DNA of 64,000 bases, from the NCBI RefSeq assembly GCF_006345805.1, contig NC_043006.1, forward strand, positions 55,614,001-55,678,000, written 5' to 3'. Origin of the DNA: Octopus sinensis. Its lineage: Eukaryota. The position numbers and the translations under genes are program-made. Shown here piece by piece: positions 63,891 to 64,000 of the stretch. Below the pieces are notes generated by a model. It worked only from the letters and a program-made list of their open reading frames with translations. It was not told where the DNA came from and ran no database searches. Numbering within the stretch: position 1 is the stretch's first letter; every line of letters begins with the position of its first letter.

Positions 63891-64000
63891 CGCCTTGCGA
63901 TGAATTTCCAGAAAACCTTGTGTTTGTACTCGTGAGGGAATTAAATAAAGAATCGATGTATCAGGATTATAAACTTTGTTGATTTTAAGTCATTTGTTTT

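Overview
AT-rich, microsatellite-saturated animal DNA that is almost entirely transposable elements. I found no host gene I can support. The tRNA-derived SINE families with internal (CA)n/(TA)n tracts resemble, from recall and not a database search, those of octopus, so a coleoid cephalopod is the likely source. Contents: a near-intact CR1-type LINE ORF2 (13-2922) and decayed copies of a second CR1 family; several Penelope-like elements (PLEs; RT plus GIY-YIG); a Dong/R4-type fragment in (TAA)n; a decayed Helitron; mariner and Tc1 elements; a Foldback-like element; and many SINEs. The ORF track misses the most interesting signal, which is at the RNA level. At least eight type I hammerhead ribozyme motifs occur, in PLE pseudo-LTRs and in two non-coding tandem arrays (465-bp and about 508-bp units) that look like retrozymes. 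An ORF1-only (HAL1-like, Tx1-type gag) element sits inside the 465-bp array with an unusually long (about 40 bp) direct repeat. Inverted duplications anchored on microsatellites recur through the window. A 3' stem-loop is shared, with compensatory changes, by a CR1 LINE and the main SINE family. All alignments and folds were done by eye. Boundaries of decayed elements are approximate.
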